A DNA stretch of 63,746 nucleotides, filler included, from Octopus bimaculoides (GCF_001194135.2; 7 parts of 6 records of this genome joined end to end with filler, not necessarily neighbours in it), one strand, 5' to 3'. Positions 1 through 13,325 are shown, numbered from the whole stretch's first letter. The notes: generated by a model from the letters alone, not told the origin. Made by a program: numbers and translations.

Positions 1-29
1 ATGTATGTATAATATATATATATTTGTTT

Positions 30-215
30 CAAATTTTGGCAGAAGGCCAGCAAAATTCAGGAGAGGAGATAAGTCGATTACATCGACCCCAGTGCTCAAC
101 TGGTACTTATTTTATTCACTCTTAAATGATGAAAGGCAAAGTCGACCTCGGTGGTATTTGAACACAGAATATAAAGACGGATGAAATGCCATTAAGCATT
201 TTGCTCGCCTTTTGT
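30..215 (-). mobile_element. tRNA-derived SINE, window family B, degenerate
   Basis: Shares TCGACCCCAGTGCTCAACTGGTACTTATT...GAAAGGCAAAGTCGACCTCGG...TTTGAAC with more than 10 other copies in the window; the reverse strand carries a B-box-like GTTCAAAT. Confidence 0.75.
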
Positions 216-304
216 AGCAGCATGTCCCTAAATATGTATTGCATGTATGCTGTTGTCATTGCAAACCAATGTAAGTTTAAGTAAATTGTACAATACAAAA
301 CAAC

Positions 305-515
305 ACTGTCTGCGTGTGTGTGTGTGTACATATGTGTGTTAGTATTAGTGCGAGTTAGTGTGCGTGTGAGAGTTGATGACTGTGTGTGTATGTGTATAAA
401 TGTGAGTGAGTGTATGTTAGTGTGTGAGTGTCGGTGTGCGTGTGAACGTATGTGTTAGTGAGTGTGTGTCTGAGTGTGTGGTGGTGTGTATGTATATGTG
501 TGTTAGTGTGGTAGT
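305..515. repeat. Degenerate (TG)n microsatellite
   Basis: TG/GAGT-rich run seen directly. Confidence 0.85.
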
Positions 516-877
516 GAGAACGTAACGATGTTTCTTAATTTCCAACCCATCCCCCGGCCCCTCCTCGGAAAACGCAACTCTTCCCACCCATCAACCGTTC
601 CGGTTACTCCTACCTTACCCTGCTGTCTAATTGATTCTGCAGTAAAATCTCCTAAAACTCTGCCAACGGGGTGGTCTCATCTTCTACTATCTCCACAGTT
701 TAATCGTGGCTGCTGGGTGCCAGAATCGGTGGAGCGTCAGGCGAAATATATTATGGCATTATCTCAGGTGTCTTTATAGTCTGTCCTGATTTCAAATTCC
801 GCTTAAGCTCACTGTACCATTTATCCGTCCGAGGCCCGATATGAGTCAAAGAAGGCTGTCTTTTCGTTGTCACACCA

Positions 878-1362
878 CATGCTTGAAATAGCAACCAAAT
901 TTGTCCTCATTTCAAAGGCCACTATCTTTCTTCATTTTTGTAGTAAAGAAATACAAAATTGAATAACCTGGTCCGGGACACACTGTGTTCAGGATGATCA
1001 CGGTTGGAACGCCATTGACTATATTATTATGGTGGTGCTGCTTAACATGTTATGCTAAACAAAATCATTAGCAGCGACACCACCACCGCTTTGAGTCAAT
1101 GAAGGCCGCAGTCTCTACGTAATCGTTCGACATGCTTGAAATAGCAACCAAATTTTTCCTGAAATCAAACTCTGCCATCTTTTTAATTCTTGTTGTAAAG
1201 AAAGACCGCATTGAACAACCTGGTCCTGCACACACTGTGTTTAGGGTAAGGAAACATAAGACAGGATGATCACGGCTGGAACGGCATTGACCATATTATT
1301 ATGGTAGTGTTGTTTAACATATTTTTAACAAAACCACCAGCACTGGCACCACCACCACTATC
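878..1362 (+). repeat. Tandem duplication of a ~240-bp interspersed-repeat body (878-1090 and 1130-1362)
   Basis: Both units start CATGCTTGAAATAGCAACCAAATTT and share ACCTGGTCC..CACACTGTGTT, CAGGATGATCACGG.TGGAACG, ATATTATTATGGT, CACCACCACC. Confidence 0.75.
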
Positions 1363-1439
1363 ACTACAAAACCCATTCCCTTAAATTACTGCACATAACT
1401 GTCTCTAGTCCTAGGATCACAACATCGACCTTATATCGA

Positions 1440-1600
1440 ACGCCAGTTCGTTGCAGGGTTGCTCGCTTACAGCTGAATGGACTGGAGAAACTTGAAATGA
1501 CGTGTTTTGCTCGTGACCACAACGCAATGCCCGGTCCGGGAATCGAAACTGCGATCTTGCGACCGTGAGTGCAACACCCTAACCACTTGGCCACTAAATC
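1440..1600 (-). mobile_element. tRNA-derived SINE head and core
   Basis: Reverse strand GTGGCCAAGTGGTTAGGGTG (A box) ... GTTTCGATTCCCGG (B box) followed by a non-tRNA body; similar to 24340-24545. Confidence 0.7.
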
Positions 1601-1627
1601 CCGTTCAAGGAGAATGTTGTCATCTTC

Positions 1628-2015
1628 ACTCTTTTATTCTCTTTTACTTGTTTCACTCATTAGACTGCGGCCATGCTGGGGCACCACCTTGAAGAATTTT
1701 GGTCTAGCGAATCGACCCTACTACTTATTTTTTTCATGCCTGGTACTTATTCTATCGGCCTCTTTTGCCGAACTGCTGGTTACGGGGACGTGAACATACC
1801 AATATCGGTTGTTAAGCAGTGGTGGGGGCAAACACAGAAACACACACACACGCACGCCTGGCTTCTTTCACTTTCTGTCTACCAAATCCATTTACAAGGC
1901 TTGGGTCGGCCCGAGGCTATAGTAGAAGACACTTTCCACAGTTGCCACGCAGTGGGATTGAACTCGAGACTATATGGCTCCGAAGCAAGTTTCTCACCAC
2001 ACAGCCAAGCCTGTA
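1628..2015 (-). mobile_element. tRNA-derived SINE, window family A
   Basis: Reverse complement of the full copies at 27369, 37489 and 43490 (GACTGCGGCCATGCTGG, ACGGGGACGT, internal CA tract, CCACACAGCC head). Confidence 0.85.
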
Positions 2016-2071
2016 CAAACTGGGTGATCGGCCTTATGAGTCCTATTGCTTAAGACAGTAACGTCTAGGGG

Positions 2072-2190
2072 TTGAGGATGATGATGATGACGACAATGAT
2101 GATGATGATGACGATGATGACGATGATGACGATAATGACGGTGAGGATGATGATGATGATGATGATGAGGAGGAGGAGGATGATGAGGGT
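2072..2190. repeat. (GAT)n/(GAC)n/(GAG)n microsatellite
   Basis: Seen directly. Confidence 0.9.
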
Positions 2191-2999
2191 GATCTTAAAA
2201 TGGACTGTCGAAATGATCACAGAAAGCCGTATTGTAAACATTAGACACCGGTTTTAAAACACCCAACGGACTCCCGAGTTTTAAATAGGGAAGAATTTCA
2301 GCAGACTGGTGGATTTCACAAAGAAGGCCAATAATAGTCTCTGATTTTGGTAGAAGCGCAGTAACTTTGAGAGGGAGAGAGTAAAGCGATTACATCGACG
2401 CTAGTACTTGGCTGGTACTTTATTTTATTGACACCGGAAAAATGAAAGGCAAAACAAACTGTCGGGAAACGCTACTCCCAGCACCAATAAGTACTTTATT
2501 TTATCGAATTCCAGACGGGATTTGAAGTAAAAACCAGAACAAATTCTACTAATACTCTAGCGATTCTACCAATTCATCAGGGCAGGCTAAATAATTGATA
2601 AATCTCTTAAAGTCATGGAATTTAATTTATTTGCAGCTGGATTTTGATATAGGGAACGACGTTCATCATATAAGACACATCGTTAGCATAATCTAAACTT
2701 GGTTATGACATAGATATTTAAACAGACATAGATATATTATTGGCACAGCTTTTATCTATCTATTACACATTTGACTGGAGATTTCAACACAAGCAAACTG
2801 TTTATTTATTTGTATCTTTCTTGCGTTACCAATCACGGTCCACATTGAGATATGTGTTACATAAGGTTTTGGTGTATAGCTGTTTAACCCATGGTCATTC
2901 TTGATCAAGAAGGTCTATGATCAAAAGCATTTCAATCATAATCATCCCATGGTTTTTTTTCTTAAACATGGTGTACACGGACTTCGTCATGCAATGCGC

Positions 3000-3055
<56 letters not shown>

Positions 3056-4228
3056 TGCGAGTGGTTTGAGAGAGATGTGGCTGTTATTTTTAGTAAGTGG
3101 AGGCGACCACGTATGGAGTTCCCTCAGTGGCTCATTACACAGCATGGTGTTAAATAGATAAGCATTTACCTCAGACAGAGCTGTATCATAAGTTTCTTAC
3201 ATAAACAAGATCTCTAACAGACGAGATTTTCAGTAATAGCTATAACACTGATATAAATCATAGAGACTTAATACTATAATCACAAAAACGACTTTAACAG
3301 AGGCGGCAGGATGAGAGGATGAGCTGTAACCTGAGACCTTAAACAGAATGCACTTTAACATACATATTAACTTTCACACAAATAGATTTGCAGAAATGAA
3401 CACAATACAATACTATTACCAAGTTAGAAGCTGGTTATGGTGGTCAAGGTTTCAAATTTACAGGGACTTTATATCTCCCCAGGGGTCGCTTTAACATATG
3501 AGGTAATGATGATGGCGCTGTAACACAGAATTTTAATTAGACAAGATTTCAATACAGATAAGATTTCAACACGGCTCTTTACAGATGCGTATTGTATGGG
3601 CTTCTACTTTCACAGAAAGCAAACTGAATTTTTAGAAGAGATTCGCTTGTGATGTCGGCAGACGATCTACTATAATGGCCTCTAACAGACAAGGCTTTAC
3701 ACCGATAACGTTGCCACCATCTGAATTATTGCGTTAGGTGAGAAAGAGAAGGAAAGGAACGGTAGCTCGGTATATATATTAATATATATGTTGATATATA
3801 TATTAATATATATGTTAATGCGTTTTCATGATATAAACAGAAACGTTCTATTGTCTGCTGAAAGAAATACGATACTTTCATCTCTTTCTGGGTTTGTGTA
3901 TCTGCAATATGCAATATGTATATTTGCATCATTAGCGTTTGTATGCAGCTAGGTGAATGTACTTATGTTTGCTTATCACTATGTGTGTTTCTTTATTCTA
4001 TTTGTACAAAATGATTTATTCAGATTTATAGTTTGTTCAAGCTATCATGGCTGCTTCGGTTCGCTCACAAACTATTGTAACGGCCACATTCAACAATTCA
4101 GACCCGATTGTTTTGTTTTATTGTTATGTCCCTCTGCCGTCCCTGTTCTGTTTCTGTGTCCTAGTTCATTTGTCTCATATTACATGAACAAAATTTCTGT
4201 ACCAATGTGCGCGCGCATGTGTGTATGT

Positions 4229-4296
<68 letters not shown>

Positions 4297-5484
4297 NNNN
4301 NNNNNNNNNNNNNNNNNNNNNNNNNNNNNNNNNNNNNNNNNNNNNNNNNNNNNNNNNNNNNNNNNNNNNNNNNNNNNNNNNNNNNNNNNNNNNNNNNNNN
4401 NNNNNNNNNNNNNNNNNNNNNNNNNNNNNNNNNNNNNNNNNNNNNNNNNNNNNNNNNNNNNNNNNNNNNNNNNNNNNNNNNNNNNNNNNNNNNNNNNNNN
4501 NNNNNNNNNNNNNNNNNNNNNNNNNNNNNNNNNNNNNNNNNNNNNNNNNNNNNNNNNNNNNNNNNNNNNNNNNNNNNNNNNNNNNNNNNNNNNNNNNNNN
4601 NNNNNNNNNNNNNNNNNNNNNNNNNNNNNNNNNNNNNNNNNNNNNNNNNNNNNNNNNNNNNNNNNNNNNNNNNNNNNNNNNNNNNNNNNNNNNNNNNNNN
4701 NNNNNNNNNNNNNNNNNNNNNNNNNNNNNNNNNNNNNNNNNNNNNNNNNNNNNNNNNNNNNNNNNNNNNNNNNNNNNNNNNNNNNNNNNNNNNNNNNNNN
4801 NNNNNNNNNNNNNNNNNNNNNATGCGTAAGTAACCACGAGGGAAAATACACCGCATACATCATGAGTGTGTGCAACAGCCGAAACATTCACGCCATATAT
4901 GAGCAAGTTAGCTAGCATGCATGCATGCACACACATGCATTTCAACACACATACATAGTCATTACATGCGTTCACACACTTACTCCACACACCTCCACAC
5001 ATATACTCTCTTACTCTATCTCTCTGTCATGCTCGCACGCGCGCACACATACACACACAGACACACTCTTTCCCACTCTTTCTCACACACACTCATTACA
5101 TACAAACACATACATTACACAGAGACAAACACCCACATCCACATACATACACACACACACACTCACATACACAGAAACACGCACACACACAAACACATAT
5201 ATACACCCACACAGACACAGGCACACACACACATCACATACATATACGCGCGCGCGCGGTCTCACATTTTTACATCAGAAGTAAAAAAAGCTATTAGATA
5301 GATCCTCCGTCGCTTTCGGTGATGACTATCTCCGGAGTTCGATCACGTGAAATAATCGGCTCAGTCAAGTATTGTGCGAAGGAGATGACGAATTATTGCA
5401 CAAACATTGAGTCTTTCGTCATAAACACGTCATCAGTTACTTGGTTGCGGTGAAATTACAAAGTATGTATGTATGTATGCATTC

Positions 5485-5808
5485 TTTTTATTCTTTTATT
5501 CTTTTACTTGTTTCAATCATTTGAAGAAATCGAGTCGAGGACTTTTTCTATGTAAGTCTGGTACTTACTCTATCGGTCTCTTTCACCGAACCGCTAAGTT
5601 ACGAGGCATAAACACACCAACATCAGTTGTCAAACGATGATAGGAAGAGGGGGCAAACGGACACAAAGACACACATACATAAATATATACATACATGAAT
5701 ATATACGACAGGCTTCTTTTAGTTTTCGTCAACTAAATCCGAGGTTATAGTAAAAGATATTTGGCCAAGATGCCAGGCAAACTTCTTACCACACAGCCAC
5801 GCCTGCAT
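5485..5808 (-). mobile_element. SINE family A, internally deleted
   Basis: CTTTTACTTGTTTCAATCATTT...GAACCGCTAAGTTACG...CTTACCACACAGCCACGCCTG. Confidence 0.8.
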
Positions 5809-7244
5809 CTATGTATGTATGTATGTATGTATGTATGCATGTATTATATATANNNNNNNNNNNNNNNNNNNNNNNNNNNNNNNNNNNNNNNNNNNNNNNN
5901 NNNNNNNNNNNNNNNNNNNNNNNNNNNNNNNNNNNNNNNNNNNNNNNNNNNNNNNNNNNNNNNNNNNNNNNNNNNNNNNNNNNNNNNNNNNNNNNNNNNN
6001 NNNNNNNNNNNNNNNNNNNNNNNNNNNNNNNNNNNNNNNNNNNNNNNNNNNNNNNNNNNNNNNNNNNNNNNNNNNNNNNNNNNNNNNNNNNNNNNNNNNN
6101 NNNNNNNNNNNNNNNNNNNNNNNNNNNNNNNNNNNNNNNNNNNNNNNNNNNNNNNNNNNNNNNNNNNNNNNNNNNNNNNNNNNNNNNNNNNNNNNNNNNN
6201 NNNNNNNNNNNNNNNNNNNNNNNNNNNNNNNNNNNNNNNNNNNNNNNNNNNNNNNNNNNNNNNNNNNNNNNNNNNNNNNNNNNNNNNNNNNNNNNNNNNN
6301 NNNNNNNNNNNNNNNNNNNNNNNNNNNNNNNNNNNNNNNNNNNNNNNNNNNNNNNNNNNNNNNNNNNNNNNNNNNNNNNNNNNNNNNNNNNNNNNNNNNN
6401 NNNNNNNNNNNNNNNNNNNNNNNNNNNNNNNNNNNNNNNNNNNNNNNNNNNNNNNNNNNNNNNNNNNNNNNNNNNNNNNNNNNNNNNNNNNNNNNNNNNN
6501 NNNNNNNNNNNNNNNNNNNNNNNNNNNNNNNNNNNNNNNNNNNNNNNNNNNNNNNNNNNNNNNNNNNNNNNNNNNNNNNNNNNNNNNNNNNNNNNNNNNN
6601 NNNNNNNNNNNNNNNNNNNNNNNNNNNNNNNNNNNNNNNNNNNNNNNNNNNNNNNNNNNNNNNNNNNNNNNNNNNNNNNNNNNNNNNNNNNNNNNNNNNN
6701 ATATAGGTAGGTCACGCGGTGACGTGGTTTGATGTTGGAAAATGGGTAACAGTTACTTGTAAAATACCGCATGGCGAACAGGAAATTGACCACGGGGAGG
6801 ACAGGAAATAAAGCACGTGGCGATTAGAAATCGGTTAGGTTGTTGGGGTGGAAGGAAGTTAGAAGTGGGGGGGGCATGTGCAAGTATATTGTTCTATATG
6901 TGGGTTTGCAGACGCGGTCATATAATTTTGTTTGCATATGTATATTGATGCGAGTGTGCGCATCTGTGCATGGGTGCGCAAGCGCACATCTGCACACACA
7001 CACACACATACACACACACTTGGACGAGCACGCACACACGTACATACGCATACGCATACATGCACACACATACACGCATACATACACATGCGTATTCATT
7101 CATATGTTCATATGTATATTCGTATGCATGTACGCATATATACCAGTGTGTGCGCACACACACGTGCACTCGCACGCGCAAGACAAGCGCTGGGGATTAG
7201 TAAGCGTTGGGGATTAGCAATCGTTGGGAATTGGTAAGCGTTGA

Positions 7245-8245
7245 ATTTTTACGTCTGTTAGTGCGTGCGATGATAGATGCGATGTTGTCTAAGCAGGCGT
7301 AGCTCACCATGACATTATGGGGGTTGAAGAGTTTGTAATATTTATGGACTCAGGGGAAGTGTTTCTTAATTAATTACAAGAAGCTCCTGGCTACGTTGGT
7401 GGAAACGTCTAGGTTAAAGGGGGGGTTATACCATATAATTTTCCTTCTCCTAATCCTTTTGGGGTGAGGAGAGGGTGTTTGGGGACGTTGTGCTCGTACG
7501 TGAGCTTCTCAGTAAACCGGCTCCTAGCCAAAGCATCCTTGTAGTGGGAGTAGCCTTGTTAAAGATCTCTTTATTGACCGTGAGGTTAGATAGTCGTTTT
7601 CTAATGCCTGGAGCCAGGTATCTAATTACAGTGGGGGATGGTTTGAGCTCCTGGGAATATATAGTCTATCCTCGTTAGGCTTCCTGTACGAGTAATACTT
7701 GCCCGTACTCAGGTCAAAGGTTACGTCCAAGAAATCGACCGTAGTCAAGTTGATGGTAACCGTTACGGACAGGCCGAACTCCTTAAATATTTTTATCAAA
7801 TCCTTCCTGAACCTGTCCATGGTGTAGCCGTTCATATGCTTTAAGATGACCAGGCCGCCGTTCCTCTAGAAGGCCGACCTATGTGGGTGGGTACGTCTCT
7901 TGAGGGTATTCAAGATGTATAACCCGACGAGGTCGGTGATTTCAGCCCCGACAAAGCTCCCCATAAAGACGTCGAACAATGGATCGCCTTTTTTTTTCAC
8001 CCAGGAGGAATCGTCGTGGGCTAGGATTGACTTTTATGGCATTCATAATAATTCTGATGTCAAGGTCACTAATGCTGGCTCAGCAGAAGTTAGGGTCTTC
8101 AGAAGGAGGAGCTTAGCTACGGAAGGGTAGAAGTTGACAATGTCAAACTAGGTGAATCTACAGGCTAATTTATTCTCGAGACCGTGGAACCTGTCGACCA
8201 CGGCTGCGCTGGGATTCCATTGAGTCAACCATGTAGCTCTTCTGA
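7245..8245 (-). mobile_element. Penelope-like retroelement, reverse transcriptase and thumb fragment (decayed)
   Basis: Translates as QWNPSAAVVDRFHGLENK..FDIVNFYPS..FDVFMGSFVGAEITDLVGLYIL..(YRDD decayed to *RNG)..VDFLDVTFDLSTGKYYSYRKPN..SSNHPP..RRRKIIWYNPPF..KHFP..VMVSYAC; these are PLE RT motifs; several stops and frameshifts. Confidence 0.9.
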
Positions 8246-8698
8246 TACATACATACATACATACATACATACATACNNNNNNNNNNNNNNNNNNNNNNNN
8301 NNNNNNNNNNNNNNNNNNNNNNNNNNNNNNNNNNNNNNNNNNNNNNNNNNNNNNNNNNNNNNNNNNNNNNNNNNNNNNNNNNNNNNNNNNNNNNNNNNNN
8401 NNNNNNNNNNNNNNNNNNNNNNNNNNNNNNNNNNNNNNNATACACACGTACCATTTATATACACGTATGTGTATGTGAGCTTGTGTGTGCATATATATGT
8501 GCCGACATATACATACATATATGAATACACAGATACACACACACTCTTACATATAAGAAAAGAATACAAGTAGGGGTTCAAAATTTACAATAGCTGTTTC
8601 GGTAGCATTTTATTAATGCAATAATTTATGGTATAAATCCGTTATCGTCTCATTCGGTACTAAGTACTCAGTCAAGCCTGGCAACCTAGATGTTCATA

Positions 8699-8739
<41 letters not shown>

Positions 8740-8749
8740 NNNNNNNNNN

Positions 8750-8793
<44 letters not shown>

Positions 8794-9344
8794 GAGAGTT
8801 ATACTGCAAGTGGCTGAGTATAGCGCAGGCCTTAACCTCATACTTTTCTGTTTCCTCTTCTTCACTTACTCCTCCTCTCTCTGTATCCTATACTTCTCAT
8901 CCTACCTTTAACCTCCTCCTCTTTCTTCTCCCCTCCTTCAGTTACTCGCTTCTCTCAGTCTTCTATACTCTCCCTTTCCAACCTTTCACCTCTTACTCTT
9001 CTTCACGTAGCTTCTCTCTTAATCTCTTGTACTCACTCTTTCCCACCATTAACCTCTTACTCTTCCTTCCCCTCCTTTTTCACGTGCTCCCTTCTCTCAG
9101 TCACTTATACTCTCTCCTCCCCACTACAAATCTCCCTTCTTCTCTCCCTTCAGTTACTCCTTTCTCTTTCTGTCTTATACTCCCCATCCTTTCATCTGCA
9201 TTTTTTTGTTCTGTTCCATGTCCTGCCTTTATTCCTTACCGCCTCTCCACCACTGCTTCTCCACTTCTTTCTTCTGGTGTGTTTCATGCCATATAATAAC
9301 GAGTGATATACTCTTTATATAAACACTACTCCGACCAGCAACAG

Positions 9345-9398
<54 letters not shown>

Positions 9399-9965
9399 GC
9401 AGAAACATGCACATACGCCCGTACGTATAAACTGATACATCAGTTCGTATATCTCACATGCATACATACGAACGCGCGCACGCACACACACACATATAGT
9501 AACATCCATTTATATACCTACATCGCAATACGCACAGACACACATGCGCTCACACACACGCGCGCACACACATTTACACACACATTTATACACGCAGATA
9601 CACACACACACACACACACACAAACACACATTAAACATATATATATGGCTCATATGTGAGCTCATATAAACACCTATAAACACACACACACACTTACGCA
9701 CGCGCACACACAAGACTCTCAGCCGCCTACATCTTAAATATCTCCAGATGGTATCTGATTGCCAGAGATGTCGAAGATAAGCAACGGGGAAAGGAAGGTA
9801 CATTTAGTAGTAGTAGTAGCAGCAGTATTACGTTGTTGTGGCGATGGTAGTGGTAATAGTTGGGAAGCTGGACGGCTGTGATGGAATTGGTGTCGATTTT
9901 CTTTATTCTTTGATAGTTATGGCTGGTTGCTGGCGGTGCTTAACCAGATGGGACAAGCTGCTGCT

Positions 9966-10000
<35 letters not shown>

Positions 10001-10499
10001 TATTTTTGTTGTCGCTGTTGTGGTTGAATCCCCAGGCCTGCCCTAATAGAACAGACAAAGTAAGTACCCGGAGTAATAGTTTTAACCTCCCCTCCCTCCC
10101 CCCAAAAATCTCAGAACTAAATTTTGCTTCGGAATTCAACCCAGTAACAGTATTGGTTCTGTGCTACCTAGCTTCAGAATATCTGTGTCCTGCATGGACT
10201 AGGAGGCTAAATGCCACCATATAAGATTCGCTAATGAAATATGTCGACATAAAATGATAATCTCGGATCTTTTTACTTTTAGTTATCTTTACTTCTTGGA
10301 TGGCGCTTCTCTACCTGACAATATGAAGAATGTTGTTATCAGCAAATATGATAAACAATACATATACAATCAGTTATTTTTCCCATGGGAAGTCATTTGG
10401 AGATGTTCCTAGAGTGCATTCACTTTTTGACAAAAAGGTAAAAATAACTCTCACTGTAGCTGTATTGTTATTCAACTCCAAACACCGGTTCATATACTG

Positions 10500-10701
10500 C
10501 AGTGGTTCTCAGCCGTCTTTTGCCTATAAATCCCTTTGTTCTGTTGGACCCTAATAAACATTCAATGCTTAAAAAAGCTCTATTATACTTTTATAATTAA
10601 ATATTATTAAAGAGTTGTGTAAACAAAGTTTAAATATTTTGTACATTGTAGACGTGTAAGCAATTTATTGCTCATACGTGGACACCGGTTGAAAACCACT
10701 G
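10500..10701. mobile_element. hAT-type MITE
   Basis: TIRs CAGTGGTTCTCAGCCG / CGGTTGAAAACCACTG (14/16); 8-bp TSD ATATACTG (10492-10499) / ATATAGTG (10702-10709). Confidence 0.8.
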
Positions 10702-10714
10702 ATATAGTGCTACG

Positions 10715-10880
10715 AAGCTGACCATTTCATAAGGTGGTCAGTATCATCACCAATGTCTTTTATAGTGATACGCCGCTTTCCTTTGTTCGAAAAATTCCGT
10801 CCGGAAAGGTGGTGGTGCAGGTATTAAACCGGATGACGAATTAAGTATATTACCAATAAGCACCAGAGACTTGGTCTTCA
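10715..10880 (-). pseudogene. Decayed coding segment, paralog A (unidentified protein)
   Basis: Reads LWCLLVIYLIRHPV*YLHHHLSGRNFSNKGKRRITIKDIGDDTDHL; homologous to 11600-11800 with mainly third-position differences. Confidence 0.45.
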
Positions 10881-11599
10881 TGCAAGATGTCTGGACATAG
10901 TTTTTCAATAAGTCATATTCATATAAAATGCTTAAAATGTCTGTCTCAGACACAGTAATATTAATTAGATAAATCTGTTGTCTGTAATTAAAAGGGATGT
11001 TGCGTTGTCAGCAGAGACAAGCAAATATATTGATGAAAAATATCTATTATATGAACATCAAGCAAATACGAAGAACGAGATTAAAATCGAAAAAAGTTTC
11101 ATGATATCAACCGTTCCTTTAGATACGTCTGAAGAATTTGTCTGCATATAGTTGTGGAAGGAGATGGCACCAGAAAAAATTAATAAAAAGACTCGAAATT
11201 CACGTGGAGTCAGTGGAGATGTATGAATCGACTCCTTGTTGGATTCAGCCTAAACCTATATACCAAGGGCAACATCGGTCAAGTCTTCTACTTCTGTGAC
11301 ACCGAAACTGTTGAAATCACGAGACATCGAAGATAAAGTGACATCATACATCTCTTTTGGAGTCACGTCCAGTGTTGCAGAAGCAGCAGCAGTAGCACCA
11401 GTAACAGTCTTCGTGGATCTCTGTTGTTGTTTCTGTTTGGCTGTGCAGAAAGTTTCAGACGACCATTGCTACCTCATGTGTTGCAGCTAGGCTTTCTAGC
11501 CTGAATGACAAACAAAACGACAAACTTCCTCTCGGCGCACCCTACAGGACAAAAAAAAAAAAGAAAGAAAAAAAAAAAGACTGGCCCATATTGTGCTAT

Positions 11600-11800
11600 G
11601 AAAATAATCTCGAGCTAAGAGGTCAGTATCATCATCAATGACTGCGACTCACGCGTTCATTTGTCTGAAAAATTTTGTGGGATTAAGTGATGATGAAGGT
11701 GTTGAACTGGATGACGCATAAGATCTATCACTAATAAACAAAATTAGTTCTCCTTCCGACGGGGTTCCGCACAGTAGCGTGTCACATGACAAATGATAGC
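11600..11800 (-). pseudogene. Decayed coding segment, paralog B (unidentified protein)
   Basis: Reads FCLLVIDLMRHPVQHLHHHLIPQNFSDK*TR..VIDDDTDLL; homologous to 10715-10880. Confidence 0.45.
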
Positions 11801-12701
11801 GACANNNNNNNNNNNNNNNNNNNNNNNNNNNNNNNNNNNNNNNNNNNNNNNNNNNNNNNNNNNNNNNNNNNNNNNNNNNNNNNNNNNNNNNNNNNNNNNN
11901 NNNNNNNNNNNNNNNNNNNNNNNNNNNNNNNNNNNNNNNNNNNNNNNNNNNNNNNNNNNNNNNNNNNNNNNNNNNNNNNNNNNNNNNNNNNNNNNNNNNN
12001 NNNNNNNNNNNNNNNNNNNNNNNNNNNNNNNNNNNNNNNNNNNNNNNNNNNNNNNNNNNNNNNNNNNNNNNNNNNNNNNNNNNNNNNNNNNNNNNNNNNN
12101 NNNNNNNNNNNNNNNNNNNNNNNNNNNNNNNNNNNNNNNNNNNNNNNNNNNNNNNNNNNNNNNNNNNNNNNNNNNNNNNNNNNNNNNNNNNNNNNNNNNN
12201 NNNNNNNNNNNNNNNNNNNNNNNNNNNNNNNNNNNNNNNNNNNNNNNNNNNNNNNNNNNNNNNNNNNNNNNNNNNNNNNNNNNNNNNNNNNNNNNNNNNN
12301 NNNNNNNNNNNNNNNNNNNNNNNNNNNNNNNNNNNNNNNNNNNATATATATACATACATATATATATATATCTGTCCTCTGTTCTCATCTGTCTATTCTC
12401 TCTTATTCGCTTCTGTTTTTCTTCCCCTAATATTCTACCACTGGAATCTTTGCGTACACATACTTTCCATTATTTCATCATCGATACGGGATATAACTTA
12501 CTGTTTATCCTAATACCTCTTAGTTTAGATAACTTTTTCTCCAAGTGCCAACCTACCATTCATCCACACACCCATCAATCCTTCAATTCATCAATCAGTG
12601 TGTCCATCCATCCATCCATCCATCCATCCATCCATCCATCCATCATCATCATCATCATCATCATTTAAGCTACAAGATGACTACACTTCCCAAAACTTTT
12701 G

Positions 12702-12763
<62 letters not shown>

Positions 12764-12767
12764 CATG

Positions 12768-13325
12768 GCTTCTGATCTTAACTGATTGGAAGTGTTATTA
12801 TGTACATTGTCTCGTCTTGGTATAAAAGATGGGCTACAGCAAATATTCGGCTCAATACCACAGACTTGCTTGTCAGCTTTTCAGCTTGTCAGCTTGTCAG
12901 CTTGTCAGATTGTCAGTTGCTTGACCTTAACCAGTTGAGCATGTCCCTTAATAACTGACGATGTGTGCATCTCAGATCACGAGCGGAAGTAGTGGGGGAA
13001 CATCATAGTCATGTGTTGAGAGGAAGTTTTGGGGTTTGGATAATTCACCTTGGAAACGTGTGTGTTCCGTTCAACATCCTCAAGCAACTCTTATTCAGGG
13101 ACCTTTTGTGCGGGATGGGCTACTCGATCTTAAGAAAATTCTAACTGGGTCCCACCTGCAAGGTCATGCGCTGTTTATCTTGATATGAGATCACCGTGCC
13201 GCGCACATGTGGTTGTGATGCATGTGCCTGGTGTACCCTTATCAGATGGGTAGTCATGATGGGTATAATGGGCTTCATATATTTTACCCCAGTGTCACTT
13301 TGATGGCTTGCATTGCTCTCTCATT
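12768..13325. mobile_element. Unclassified ~560-bp interspersed element bounded by (AAT)n on both sides
   Basis: Complex non-coding block with sharp borders against (AAT)n tracts (12704-12763 and 13327-13390); internal CTTGTCAG 8-mer tandem at about 12868-12917. Confidence 0.45.

Noticed and set aside
1500-1600. tRNA-like sequences (also 24470-24545, 33715-33790, 47830-47900, 48885-48950)
   Set aside because: They have A/B boxes but no complete cloverleaf and run into SINE bodies, so they are SINE heads rather than tRNA genes
5295-5455. Unique CpG-containing island with short open frames on both strands
   Set aside because: No convincing splice pair or recognisable peptide; the GTGATGA C-box-like motif has no matching D box
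7330-7345. In-frame TGA in the PLE as a possible selenocysteine codon
   Set aside because: The position is not a conserved Cys and the element has many other inactivating lesions
10770-10815. FEKFRPERW on the plus strand resembles the cytochrome P450 PERF motif
   Set aside because: No ExxR or heme-binding motif nearby, and the paralog supports a minus-strand frame instead
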